DNA of 64,000 nt from Vicugna vicugna (taxonomy: Eukaryota): contig MU061538.1 in assembly GCA_013265495.1 (NCBI GenBank), positions 62,001-126,000 of the forward strand, given 5' to 3'. Of this stretch, positions 34,463 through 46,295 are shown piece by piece. How positions within the stretch are numbered: the first letter of the stretch is position 1; every line of letters starts with the position of its first letter. The notes beneath the pieces were generated by a model, which was not told the DNA's origin, ran no database searches, and worked only from the letters and a program-made list of their open reading frames with translations. Made by a program: the position numbers and the translations under genes.

Positions 34463-37400
34463 TAGCTCCTCCAAGACCATCTTCTCAAACCCAGGGTCTG
34501 AGTCTGAAAAGCAGAGCCACAGGCAAGGCCTGTGTGCATGTGGTTTGTCTGGGAATGTGGGCCTGAGAGTGAGACCTTTTCCTTTTTCTCTGTTCTCTGA
34601 AAGAGTTTTCATAAAATGGTGATCATCTGTTTCTTAAAAATCTGGTGAAATTTGTCTTTAAAACTTTCTGAGCCTGAGACTTTGATGACCCATCCATTTT
34701 CAAGTTTTGTGTTAGTTCATTTTCAGTTTCTCATCAAATCAATTTTGAAGATTATCTGTTTCATGCGTTCCACTTTATTGTAAAGTATTTCTTGTGAATG
34801 CAGCATCCCTATTACGTTTGCAGTTGCCTGTTTCCTAATTCCATTTGCTGGTGCCTTCTACTTCTTTCTTGACTGGGTAGCTTGATTTGACAAATCCGTG
34901 CATCTTATTAGTTTTGTAAAGACCTTGCTTATTGTTTTTTGTGTCACTTGTTCCTCATTCTTGTTTTTGTAGTAAAACCCGCTCCTGCCCCTTCTGACTG
35001 CTTTGGTTCACTCTGTTGTTGTTGTAGCTTCTTGAGTTGAACATCAAACTTATTTTCAGTCTTTCTTTTAAAACAACTAAATCTAGTTTTTTAAGGCTAT
35101 AGATCTCACCCCACATCTTGCTGCAGCTTCATCTCCCAAGTGTTGGGAGCACACATTTCGTGGGATCTAGGCGTGGTCCGTTTCCACCCAGACTGACTTT
35201 TTATTCCGTGAGTGATGTAGACCATTTGTAAATTTCAAAGCACATTTCCCCCACCTTTTTGGTGTCAGTTATGAATTTAATTGCCCTGAGGTCAGAGAAG
35301 GTGGTCCGCACGATGTTCACGCTTTGAGGGGGTGGGCGTTAAGCTCACCCACCCCCGTCCAGTCTTTCCCTCCTGGCCCCAGGTCCAGAGCAGGTCTTCA
35401 AGGACATTCTGAGATGCCCTTCTTGGTGGTATTTGAGATTTCCAGATAGCAGCTCCTGTGACCGAGTGGGAGGGGGCTTGGTGTGACCACTGGTCGGCGC
35501 CTGTATCTTGGTCCACGGCTCTGTGCCAGCGGCACCAGCTGGGGAGACTTTCAGCTGCTTTTCCTGGGTGGCTCCTGGCGGTGAACCCAGCCCTCGTTTC
35601 GGTCCTCCAAGGGCTGCATCTGGCTGCACCTGCATATCGGGGGCTGGCACGCCCACAGCCTCTGCAGTCCCGCCCCATTCTCGCCCCATGGCACAGCGAT
35701 GCATTTGTGGTTTTCTCCGTTTATATCCTGTCTTTTGGAGCTGCTAGGAGCAGGGCAGCGTGCAGAAGCATACATTCATTCGCATCGTAACAGAAGTCCT
35801 CAGTACATGTCATCCTGCTAGAAAGGAATCCGCTGGTGGTCACCTGATGGGTCTGGGGCAGCAGGTGACTGATGCCTCCTGTTCCCTCGGGAGCCTTGGT
35901 CCCACTAGGTGATGCTGCAGCCACTGTAGCACCTGGAGGCTGGTGAAGGTTTGATGATGAGTTTCTGCATGCACTGTGCAGTTTTAGAGTTGGAAGGAAC
36001 CGCTGGTCATTGCAGCCCCACCTCTCATTCCCCAGTCGAGGAGCCAGGCTCTCAAAGAAGACGATTTGCCCAAGATCTCACCGCTGCTCGAAAGAACCAG
36101 GTAGTCCCACCGGCAGATTTTATAGACGTCTCAGGATGACAAACTTGCCTCCTAAGGAATCCCCTCCTTCTGAACTAGGGGTACAGACACATCAAAATAC
36201 AGTGAAGTCATCGCAGTAGAGTCACTCCTGTGAGGTGACGTGCTTAATGGCCATTACTTCACTTGCTATTTTCTGAACTGTCTCAGTGTCACAAAGGTAT
36301 CTGGACCATCCCTTGAATTTAGTTTTTCAGTAACAGCCAGTAATTATGGCCTTGTTACTCTTGTATAAATGGATTCACAGGAAAATATCCAACAGAAATG
36401 GGATAGACAGAGTATATGATACAAAATGATTTAACAAGATAAACAGGGTTTCTTGGACGAGACAAGACTAACCCCCAAGCAGTATACGACAGGTGCTTAA
36501 CGTTTCTATTCCCAGAGCAGACCGTGAGAGGCAAGCCTTGCTTCCCCACAGGCGGAGAGCCACGCGAGGGCCCTGATCCACTGAAGATGCGGGCGCGTCT
36601 GTGATAGAAACTGCTGGCAGGTTTAGCCAAGCGTGAGTAACTCACACGAGGCAGGCAGGGGCCCCTTTGTCACCTTCTGGGAGCTGGCTACCCGGGGTGT
36701 CTGTTGCCGCCTTTCACTCCTCGAGTGACTGTCACCAGGGTCCCTGCTTGTACCAAGCCCAGCGGACTTTGGTGTCAGTGAGGGGCCCTGGAACCACCCT
36801 CATGCTGGGGCCCATTCCCAGGGTGCGGCAAGGGTGGCTCTTAAATTTCCGATTACTCCTGCTTTTTCTCTGATTGTTGACATACACCTCCATTTCCCAA
36901 GTTCAGACGTTTACTGTTAGAGACAATATGGTACAAAACCACAAAAAGAAGGAAATGTTTCTGCCTGTGCCTCCTCACTAGCCGTGAGCCTGCCCCCCAG
37001 GGTGTGTCCCGTGAGGCAGGAGCTGGCGGTGGTGACCCGGGGCCCTGGGCTGGGCTCTGCCCACAGTGGCTGAGAAGTGTGTGCATGGACGCCAGTGGAT
37101 CCAAGGGGTGTGGATGCCCAGGACAGGGTGACAGGCTCAAGGCAGAGTCCAAACTGAAAGGAGGGGTCAGGCCTGGGGGCGTGGCATTCAGAGTCTGCAG
37201 GGGAGAGGTGCTGTGCTGAAAGGGGGAGGGGTGGAGGGGTCGGTGCCCATCATGACATGGGTGGTGCCTGTGCAGACCCCCTGAGCCCCTCTGGCCTCCC
37301 TGCTACAACCTTCCTGTTAGACCAGTACCCCATGCCCAAGAGACTGCACTTTTTTGTGGTTGAAACGAAGATATTTTTGACCTAATGGGTTTAATGAGGC

Positions 37401-38049
37401 ATGTGGTTAAATTCATTTCACTGTTCACTTTGACCTGTCCTGGCGGGGTGGGGAGACAACAGCTGCACACGCAGCTCAAATCATTTTCCATGGGAGGCAA
37501 GGTGCTGGGATGGGGCCACCACCATGGGCCTCCCCTGCGCCCTCTTTTGTTTGGGTCGGTCTGAAAAATGGGATCCGCTCTGGGCAGTTTGGATGAGAGA
37601 GGCCAGCTGCTGGGCTCGGAGGTCATGAGGGACTGGTGAGGGACTGAGAACCTGGCACCACGGAAGGAGGGGAGGAGGAACAGGGCCTCGTGGGGGCCGG
37701 GGCTTGGACACAAGGTGCAGGTGTGGGCTTGGTGTGGTGGTGGGTTTGAATGGGGCAGGAGCACAGCAGCCACTCTGCTTTGCACCAGGAGCCCCCCTTG
37801 GCCCTCACCAGCAAAGCCCAAAGCCTCGGACACCGCTGAGTGGGCTCCTGCTGGCCACTGAGGACGGTCTGCGCCCAGGTCCTGACTCCAGCTGGAGGCC
37901 AGGGCTGGGCTGAGCTGGGGGGGGCCTTTGCTCCTTCACCCTGATGGCCCCAGCAGCCCCCGGGGGGGCGAGGTCTAGGGTTGCAGTCTTTGCTCCTCAG
38001 TAGTTTATGCAGCCCCAGGCTTTCCAACACAGCTCATTCGGTTTTGGCT

Positions 38050-38720
38050 TGATAGAGAGCCTGGACTTGCTAATTGCACTGTTTAGATGACACTTTCCAT
38101 AAACTGAGTCAAATCTTCAGCTCTCCAAGGTGTGGGGAAAACGTGTAAAAACCAAGCAATAAAAGCTTTTTTACAAAAAGTTGTATTGACAAAAGTGCTT
38201 TGAAATAAAAAAGTAACTGCTGTAATTAATGGTAATTCAATGTACCTGGGTAAAGGTTTTTTTGGAACTGAAAAATGATTGCAAGTGACTGAATAAAAGA
38301 TCTTTTTGAAATTCAGGTGGTTTCCAAGTTTTTGCTTTCAACAAAAATTGAAAGAAAGGCCAATCAAGTTATTAGCTGATACAGATTAAATTAAAAGAAG
38401 CTAATGATAGATCAGTATGTCATTTTTGGCATTTAACTAAAATATGTTCAAGGAATTGAGTATGTTGCTATTAATTTTTTCATTTCTCTTCCCTTTTTTA
38501 TGTGAAAAAGCTTTCTCAGTATTTACGTCTACAAACATAAACAATCAGAATAGAATATTTATTCTTAGAAACATGAGTTGATTGAAAACATAGTCTGAAC
38601 CATAGCATTAAGAGGTGTTTCAACAAAATTTTAGTTTTGTGATTAATAGGTACTTATCAAAATTCATCATTAATTTGTATGGTTTTGATGTATTTGTATC
38701 CGTAATAAAGGTAAGTTTTA
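38050..38720. mobile_element. AT-rich ancient repeat, possibly a hAT-Charlie internal fragment
   Basis: Abrupt AT-rich block with loose Charlie-like motifs; family not certain. Confidence 0.3.
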
Positions 38721-39188
38721 AAATCTAGAGCGCTGTGTCTGTATGTGTGTATATATGCGTTGTTATTATTATTTTTGCTGGAAACGTGACCTGTTAGATG
38801 AGGAGAGAGTCACGTGGGAGACACGGATGGAGACTCGGGCTCAGGACACCCGGGTCCGGGTGCTACTCAGACGTCAGGGATATATATAAAGAGTGATGTC
38901 ACAGTTTTATTTTAAGAGTCAATCTTTACAGTTATGTCAAAGATTGCATCCATTTCAGTCGTTTAAACCAGTGATAAGACAAATTTTGATGTCAGTCTGA
39001 AAAATGTCAGGACCCCAGCGGGAGTGAAAGAGGCAGGTCCGAGAACGGGAGGGGCGGGGCGCGGCGGCCTCGGGGGCAGAGCCCGGGCGTGTGGGCGGGG
39101 CCCGGGCGCGGGCGGGGCGGGGCGGGGGCGCTCCCGGATCTCGCGAGCGCAGGTGACGCGCGGGCGGGCGGAGCGCGTCGAGGGCGCG

Positions 39189-39224
39189 GGCGGGCGGGTT
39201 TGAATCTGGTCAGAGCGCGGGAAA
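39189..39224 (+). promoter_or_regulatory. CDE/CHR element (GGCGGG-N4-TTTGAA) plus E2F site (GCGGGAAA)
   Basis: GGCGGG 39189-39194, TTTGAA 39199-39204, GCGGGAAA 39217-39224 (reverse complement TTTCCCGC). Confidence 0.75.
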
Positions 39225-39244
39225 CGGCGGGTCCCGGGGACGAG
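39205..39244 (+). other. NCAPG2: NCAPG2 non-coding exon 1 (TSS approximate)
   Basis: Strong donor GAG|GTAAGC at 39244/39245 inside the CpG island; 5' boundary inferred. Confidence 0.7.
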
Positions 39245-39473
39245 GTAAGCTCCGCGGTGCCGGCCAGCGAAGGGCTCGGGGCGGGGGGCCGGGAAACGGC
39301 GGGGTCGGGGGGGTGGGGCCCCCAGCACCGCAGCCTCCACCTGGGCCGCGATCCTGGGCCGCGATCCGAACCCACGGCCCGGCTGGCGGCTCTGAGGCGA
39401 CGGGGGAGGCGGGCACCGCGGCCAGGAGCGCGCCAAGCTCCGCGCCTTTCCTCTGGGGCTGATTCAGAGGACT

Positions 39474-39587
39474 CCTGAGCCCTGGACCGGGGACTGACCC
39501 CGGCGGGGACCCCTGAGCCCTGGACCGGGGACTGACCCCGGCGGGGACCCCTGAGCCCTGGACCTGGGACTGACCCCGGACGGGACC
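39474..39587. repeat. 38-bp tandem repeat x3 in NCAPG2 intron 1
   Basis: Unit CCTGAGCCCTGGACCGGGGACTGACCCCGGCGGGGACC starts at 39474, 39512 and 39550. Confidence 0.92.
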
Positions 39588-40534
39588 CCACGGCTTTGAA
39601 TCGGGCTGACCTGCCTTGGAGGGGATCCCCCAGCCTTGGGCTGGGAACTGATCTCGGTGAGGACTCCCAGCCCCTGACCGGAGACTGACCTCAGAGACCC
39701 GTTCCCTGAGCCCTCGTGCCCGGGGAACCCGCCCCCAAGTATCTCTCCTGGTTCTCAGGTGAAAGGTTGGCTCCAGGTGAGTGGGCTTTTCATGGTGACA
39801 AGGTAACAGGGATCTCTTTTTAACGCCCATCTTATTTCAGCGCCGGACCTCCTGTGTGGGGCCCACGGGACCGTGGGGCTGGCTACTGCACGTTGAGATG
39901 ACCCTCGCCTAGAAGGCAGCGTTTGTCTGGCAGGAGGGCAAGTCTTGACCACACGGCGCAGGAAACATAACGGGGCCACTTTGAGAGAGACTGAGTGTAA
40001 GTGGAAAAACCAGTAACCCTTAAGGAACCGTGATCACTAGTGTCAGAGAAATGGGGAGAATGGCAGTAAATTTGGCAGTCTAGTGGGAGTGGATTACTGT
40101 AGTTAGAACCAGCATGCCAAGAATTACACCTGGAAATGGAGCAAGCCAGAAGAGCAACCAGGATTACAGAAAGCGGGGGCGTCCACAGTTTAAGGTGTCC
40201 AGTTGCATGTAGTCGATGGCACCTTTTTGGAGTGTGGTTTCCATAAACTCGTGGGTTGGTACGAGCCATTGTTACTCTGCAGGCTTGTTGCTGGCTGCCC
40301 TCCCACCTGCTTGGTCAGTTGGAAGTTCAGCTCATAGCTCAGCCATCTGAGTTGAGGGAAGAGATGCCCACACTTCAGTGGTGCTTGTGTGGGGAAGTAA
40401 TTTTCTGTTGTTGGTTTAATTTAAATGCTAAGATCTTGGGGTTCGGTATATAAGAGGACTCTTTCCCCGTAATTACTGCCTTTGGTACCAGTAACTTTCC
40501 ATGTTGCTCTACTTGTAACTGCAGGACGTTTTCA

Positions 40535-40645
40535 CTTATTTATTTTTTAGTAGAAGTATAGTTGATCTACAGTATTGTGTTAGTGTCATACATACATATA
40601 TATTCTTTTTCATATTCGTTTTTATTATAGGTTATTACAAGCTAT
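40535..40645 (-). mobile_element. L1 3'-end fragment (antisense)
   Basis: TTTT..GAAGTATAGTTGAT..TACA..TATTGTGTTAG..TTATAGGTTATTACAAG pattern, similar to 56420-56540. Confidence 0.6.
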
Positions 40646-41303
40646 GTTCTATCATTTTGCTGTTACTTTGTCTTTGGGTTAATGCCTTTCAAACAGGGGA
40701 CTGCTCACATTCGGTGTTGTGAATGGAAAACAGGATTTATTGTGGGAACAGACAGGGGAGGAAGTTGTGCACAGTCCCTGAGCTCTGTCCCCACAGAATG
40801 GGGGAGTACACTGTGCTCGGTGCACCTCTGCACACACTAACAAGCTCCCTGGTGACCCCAGGGCCGCCCTGCAAAACAAGGTGGCTGTGATGGGGATTTG
40901 CTTTGGGGAGGGAGAGACCTCGGGCTGTAGCAGCTGCGCTCAGTCTGCTCTCTGTTGAGCATCTTGCAAAGGCACTGAAGAGGGAGGGAAGGTGAGCCTC
41001 CCAGACCGTCCGGGTCTGTCTTTCCGTGGTCGGTCCTTCGTTAACAGCTGACGGTAACCTGTTGTGTTGATGCTCTCCTCAGTGAAGAAGACAAGTCACT
41101 TTTTTAGACGTCATACTTGTTCATGTCAGAATATTGTTACTAACTGCCCACCACAGGGGCAGGGGGTTTTCCTGCAGTTGTGGATGTCAGTACCAAATTA
41201 CATCTTGTCAGGAAAGGTGTACTTGCAAATGTTAAGTCTCATGATTGTGTTTTTTTCCCAGGGTTGCAGAGTAAATGCCGTATGACAGCCAGTTTGATCT
41301 GCC

Positions 41304-41381
41304 ATGGAAAAACGTGAGACATTTGTACAAATTGTGTCTAAGGAGCTGGTTGGAGAATTTTTGCAGTTCATTCAACTTGAT
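41304..41381 (+). CDS. NCAPG2: NCAPG2 exon 2 coding part (MEKRETFVQIVSKELVGEFLQFIQLD); exon starts at 41262
   Basis: Kozak gccATGG at 41304; ttcccag| acceptor at 41261; |gtaagt donor; recognisable CAP-G2 N-terminus. Confidence 0.95.
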
Positions 41382-42887
41382 GTAAGTTTTATGTTTAGCT
41401 TTATTGTGATTTTGACTGTTAATGTGAAACATTGGTCTAAAATCATTATGTCTACAAATGAAATACAGTCATCTTAGTGAATCCTTAGGGAACAAGGTTT
41501 ATTTGAAAAAATAAAACAACTAAAATAGACCTGTCGATGGGCAGCTACTCAGAAATGGTATTTCCTGCTTTCTTTTAAGAGGGGTTTGCAAGGGAGCTGA
41601 GAGGCACAGGGCAGTGTGCTTCCAGTTACTCAGCGCATACTTATGGTCTCGCTCCGTGTGTGGCTTGTTGGGGAAATAGTGTGGAAGGCCCTTTTTGTCC
41701 TCAGGTAGTTTGCAGTGTTGTGGTGAGTCTAGGTGTGTAAACACAGCAGAGTTGGGGCTAAGCTGGGCAGGGATGTGGGGGCACCCAGACTCAGACGTGG
41801 AATTTCCCCCATTCAGTGGAAAGGCTGTGGAAGCTCAGATCTAAAAGGTAAACAGAAATTAGCCAGTCAAAATGGACCTGGAGAAGGACCGCTCCCGCTG
41901 GAGGGGTTAGCGCTGAAGCCTGCTGGAGAGGCGCTTTGTGCGTGAACTGTAAGAAGTTTGCAGGCCAGAGTGTAGAAACGCAAACTGAGGAGAAGGCGGG
42001 GGGGGGGGGCCTGGGGGCCGAGACTTTACCCCTAGAGGAACAGGGGCTTTACGCAGTGTCCTGTGCTAAGAGGATAAAAGAGGGAGAGGAAGCTAGTGGG
42101 GCGAGAGACGAAGACGGAGAAGTGAGCTCTGCTTTCGCTGCATGTGAAGAGTAGAGGCCGTGTCCTTCAGGACAGAGGGTGACTAGGATGTGGAGGTGAG
42201 AGGGTTGGCCTGTGTGGGCTCTTGGGTTGAAGGATTGCACGTGGGCCAGGGAGGATCCCTGGTGTCTGACTCCAAGTGCTGTTCAGCAAGATGGTGAAGT
42301 GGGAATAGGAAGGGTTGGAGGGAGAAGATGGGCTCAGTTTGGGACGGGCTGAGTGTCTGCCAGGGGTCATGCGGTTGGCCTGAGGCCCAGGGCCACGGGT
42401 ACCTCGGCTCCAGTTGGAAGCTGAGGTCATGAGAATGCATGGTGAATGTATGGTGTAGCGAGAGAAGGGGGGCCTGGACAGGACTCCGGGGCCCAACATT
42501 CAAGGCACCAACTGAAACATTCCTGACCTTGATCCCACCTGCCTCACTTGTTCTGGTCACACAGTGAAATTCATATTAGTGACAGCGAAGAACTAGAGAA
42601 GAATCTCATAAACTTGTTGCTGCAACTTTTATTTTTCTTTATAAGAGAGAAGTGAGCTTATAGTATGATAAACTTAAACATAACCAGCAGTCTCACCAGC
42701 AGCATGTCACCACAGAGGTGTCTTGGATGTTACGTGAGTGTCTGCTTTAGGGTAGGGTGTAGAGGATTTGTATAGAAGCTTTACAGTCTAAAAGATGGCT
42801 GTTGCCAACTATGTTCCGTAGTACTAACTAAAGCCACAAGCGAAATGATGATATGAGCTAAGTTAGTATCAATTTAAAATTAAGCAC

Positions 42888-43080
42888 AGGGAATTACTGC
42901 TTAATGGGCACATGGTTTCAGTTTTGCAAGCTGAAAAGAGGTCTGGAGATGGTTGGTGGTGATGGTTGCACAACAGTGTGAACGTTCTTAACACCACTGA
43001 ACTTAAAAATGCTTAAGGTGGTAAATTTTGTGCTGTGTATATTTCACCACAATAAAAAAAAAAACTGGGAAAAAATAAAA
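42888..43080 (+). mobile_element. L1MB-like 3' end with AATAAA and A-tail
   Basis: GGAGATGGTTGGTGGTGATGGTTGCACAACAGTGTGAA...GTAAATTTTGTG..TATATTTCACCACAATAAAAAAAAAA. Confidence 0.75.
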
Positions 43081-45330
43081 TCGAAAAGTAAAAGTAGCAA
43101 CATTTGGGCAGCACGGTCTCATGGGCTGACGTGGTGTGTTCACTCCAGCGACCCCGTCACCTGCTGGAGAGCCTGGCGCTGCTGCTCGGCAGGGGACGTC
43201 TTGGTAGCTAGGGTGCTGACTTGGTCCCTGTACTGACGAGGCATTGGTTTTAGTTTATGAGCAACAAGTTTTATGAACACTTAATAACTCAGCCTAGTCC
43301 CTCGGTCACCATGTAAGCTCTTAGTTAAACATCAAGGTGGAAACACGTGGGATTGTGCGTCAGGTTGCACCTGGCTGTTCCGTGGAGCTGGAGACGAGAT
43401 GTCATTCTGCAGGCAGAATAGCTGAATGATGGCAGTTTCACAGTCAGCCTGGTGAGAACTAAAGCAAAGACGTACTTGAAGCCAGTTTGAAGCCTATTAG
43501 GTGGACCTCCCCAAAGGCAGTCGGTTCTGCTTTGTCTCTGCTTCTGCATTCCGGTAAGTCAGTGTGCTCTGCAAGATGGGCACTGAAGAGCAGAGGGACT
43601 GTGGGGAGACGGGGTCGGGGCACGACAGTAAAAACTTCACCAGGGACACATTTGAAGAAAGTTAGGGACCAAATAAAATAGCAGTTTTATACACGTTAAA
43701 GCAGCGAGAAGTACATAGATACCATAGTAAATATGACAGGTTGCCTTGAAAAATGTCTGGGGTTTGTGGGTGGAAGTGGGCGCCCGCGCCCCCAGCGGTG
43801 GCCGCAGCCCTGTGTGAGGGAGGACAGAGCGTGGCCAGGCCGCTGCCCAGGGCGTGGTGGGGGCGGCGGCCTGAGGTGCATGGTGGGGCCCACAGCACAT
43901 GTGGGGTCCCAGGGGCTGCAGGTGTGCAATGTGCCCTGAATTCCCCGGGGCTGAAGCCCCACACAGCCAAACCAGAAACTTGCTTCTTGCTCAGATTGTT
44001 CCCTAACATATCGGCTGCGACAGGACGAGTTTGAATTTCAAAACAAGTGTTGTAGAGCAGAACTGACTGTGTGGGGTGCCCCCCACCCCGGAGTGGAGGC
44101 TCAGGACTGCGGGGATTCGCCATCAGCTGATACCCCACGTGCCGTCCGTGTTCCAGGCTCTGTCTGCTCCGCAGGCCAGGGTACAGGGCATGCAGGGGTG
44201 GCAGGAGGTGTGCAGCTAGTCGAGCTGGCTGAAGGGGGGTGGGTGGTTAGGTCAGAGATTCTAATGGGCTGCGTGGAGGTTGTGGAGACTGGGGGAGAGA
44301 ATTCTGGATAGAAGGGAGGGACACACAGACCTGAGGAGGGCGCGGGCGTGGGAGAGACAGGGTGGTGGGAGGAGGGCAGAGAGGTGGCCCTGAGGGCCCT
44401 GCGGGGCTGTGCCCCCTTGCCTAGTGCGGCGCCCGCCAGGCCCCGCCACCTGCCCCACCCCCAGCCTCCTTAGCGCTTGTGTTCTTTCTGCGTCATTGGA
44501 GGGTCGGTTGCAGGCAGTGTCTCATCACCCTCAGTATTTCCCTGTGTTTGCCTAGAACATAGACACTCTCCTGTAGAGTCACAAGAATACCCTCAAAGTT
44601 GGGCACTGACAGTCCCCTGCGTGTGTGTTCCAGTCTGAGATCACCGTCTGTGCCCAGCTGTCATGACTTGCTGGTTTCTTTACTCCAGGGAGTTTATCAG
44701 CCTCACTTTCCGTGGTGGACAGTCCTGGGTGCAGGCAGCGGGCAGCCATCTGTGGCCTGTCCACCCCCTGCCCCTGTTTGCTGATCTGATCATGTTCTTT
44801 TCTGTGTTTTGGAGGAGCTGTGTTCATGAGCGGTGTCACGACCTCCTTGGTGAGGCGTGTGTCCCCTTGTTGGTGCATTTGTGTTGGTCAGTCTACTAGT
44901 GTGGGCGTCAACAGATTTCTCCACTGTGAAGCTGTGTTTCCACCTTCATAATTAGCAAGTAATCTGTGGGGAAATAAGTAGAGATGAGGTACCGGCCCTG
45001 TTCCTCATCAGCCTTCTGCCCACCGGGCTCAGGATCCACTGACACTCTTGCTGACTCAGTTGCTGGTGTAGCAGCCGCAGAAGGGCGGCTCTCCAGTCCC
45101 ACACTGCTGCTGTCCCTAGCATGCCAGGGCTATTAGTGAGTTACTGGTGATTATGTGTTAATTATCAGTATGGCCTTACTGATTCTTATTTTGTTCACAG
45201 GGTTAATCCCTTCCTGTTGCTGTCTTGGTGCTCAGGTTGCCCCATACTGGGTTCCAGGATGAAGTCAGGGCCCAGGGCAGGCTGGAGACCCAGAGCACAG
45301 CGCACAGTCGGCGGGGCCGCGCGATCATTC

Positions 45331-45372
45331 CTGCCGCTGCTGCCGCTGCTGCCCCTGCTGCCGCTGCTGCCC
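45331..45372. repeat. 9-bp tandem repeat (CTGCCGCTG) x about 4.7
   Basis: Direct observation. Confidence 0.9.
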
Positions 45373-45665
45373 TGACCCGCTCTTGGAGCCCGACTGCAGG
45401 CCTGGAGATGGGGGACTGCTGGATCTTAGGGAGTTTTGCTAAGAGAGTGAGATTCCTACACCAGGACTGAAGAGGTGGAGGAGCAGTCTGCTTTCTGTCC
45501 GATAAGCCCTGCACTTTCTCTTCTAGGAATTGGTTTTGAAAACTGCAGCCAAGCTCTTGAACTTGTAACTAAGTTAGCACATAAACTTTTCTTTTGATGC
45601 CGTTATAAAAAGGATAGAACTATTTTCTTGTATTTGAAATGTAATAATTGTTACTTGTTTTACAG

Positions 45666-45854
45666 AAGGATGCTTCTGACCCTTTCAACCTAAATGAATT
45701 ACTAGATGAATTATCAAGGAAGCAGAAAGAAGAGCTGTGGCAAAGGCTCAGGAGTTTACTAACAGACGTGTTGTTAGAAAGCCCGGTGGACGCGTGGCAC
45801 GTGGTGGCCCCCCCTGGGGAAGACAGCATGGAAACAGAGCATGGCTCAAAAACG
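45666..45854 (+). CDS. NCAPG2: NCAPG2 exon 3 (KDASDPFNLNELLDELSRKQKEELWQRL...EHGSKT)
   Basis: ttacag| acceptor, |gtagtg donor, 189 nt. Confidence 0.94.
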
Positions 45855-46180
45855 GTAGTGCTGGTCTTTCAGAAAGTCTCCCTTTTCTCTGTTACAAATA
45901 ATTGTTTATTGTGTAAAACTGAATTTCAAGTGAAGGGAAAATGTGAAGTTAGGAGTCTGCTGAGGGAGTTGTACCCTCTTCCCGCCCTACTGCTGCTAAC
46001 CTAGTATTCAGGGATGCTGTTCTTCCCCGAACCGACTTGTTCTGAAGTTTAATTCACTTCTTAGAATAAAGTCAGTGTCAAGTGTGGCTTGGTTTTTATA
46101 AATTTAGTAACTTTTACATTTAAAAATTACATTATAAGTTGATTTTAATCCACTTGTGCTTTGATTTTTTTCATTTGTAG

Positions 46181-46295
46181 AAAAAAACCATGGAAATAAT
46201 TCACGCAGTGACATCTGTGATTCTTGCTTCTGTGTCTGTAATAAACGAAAGTGAGAATTTCGAAGCCTTGCTGGAGTGCGCTGTGATGCTAAATG
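46181..46295 (+). CDS. NCAPG2: NCAPG2 exon 4 (KKTMEIIHAVTSVILASVSVINESENFEALLECAVMLN)
   Basis: ttgtag| acceptor, |gtaggt donor, 115 nt. Confidence 0.94.

Larger units (their letters stand above)
39020..39740. promoter_or_regulatory. NCAPG2: CpG island / NCAPG2 promoter with clustered GC boxes
   Basis: Very high GC and CpG density; repeated GGGGCGGGGC Sp/KLF boxes at about 39050-39130; first splice donor at 39245. Confidence 0.9.

Noticed and set aside
38810..38892. E-box, CRE-like and TATA-like motifs upstream of the NCAPG2 island
   Set aside because: The TATA-like run is about 300 bp from the inferred exon 1 and is part of a TA simple run; short motifs are expected by chance
38963..39830. 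Antisense ORFs over the CpG island suggesting a bidirectional coding gene
   Set aside because: Stop-poor GC-rich DNA and a translated 38-bp repeat; no exon structure or homology seen
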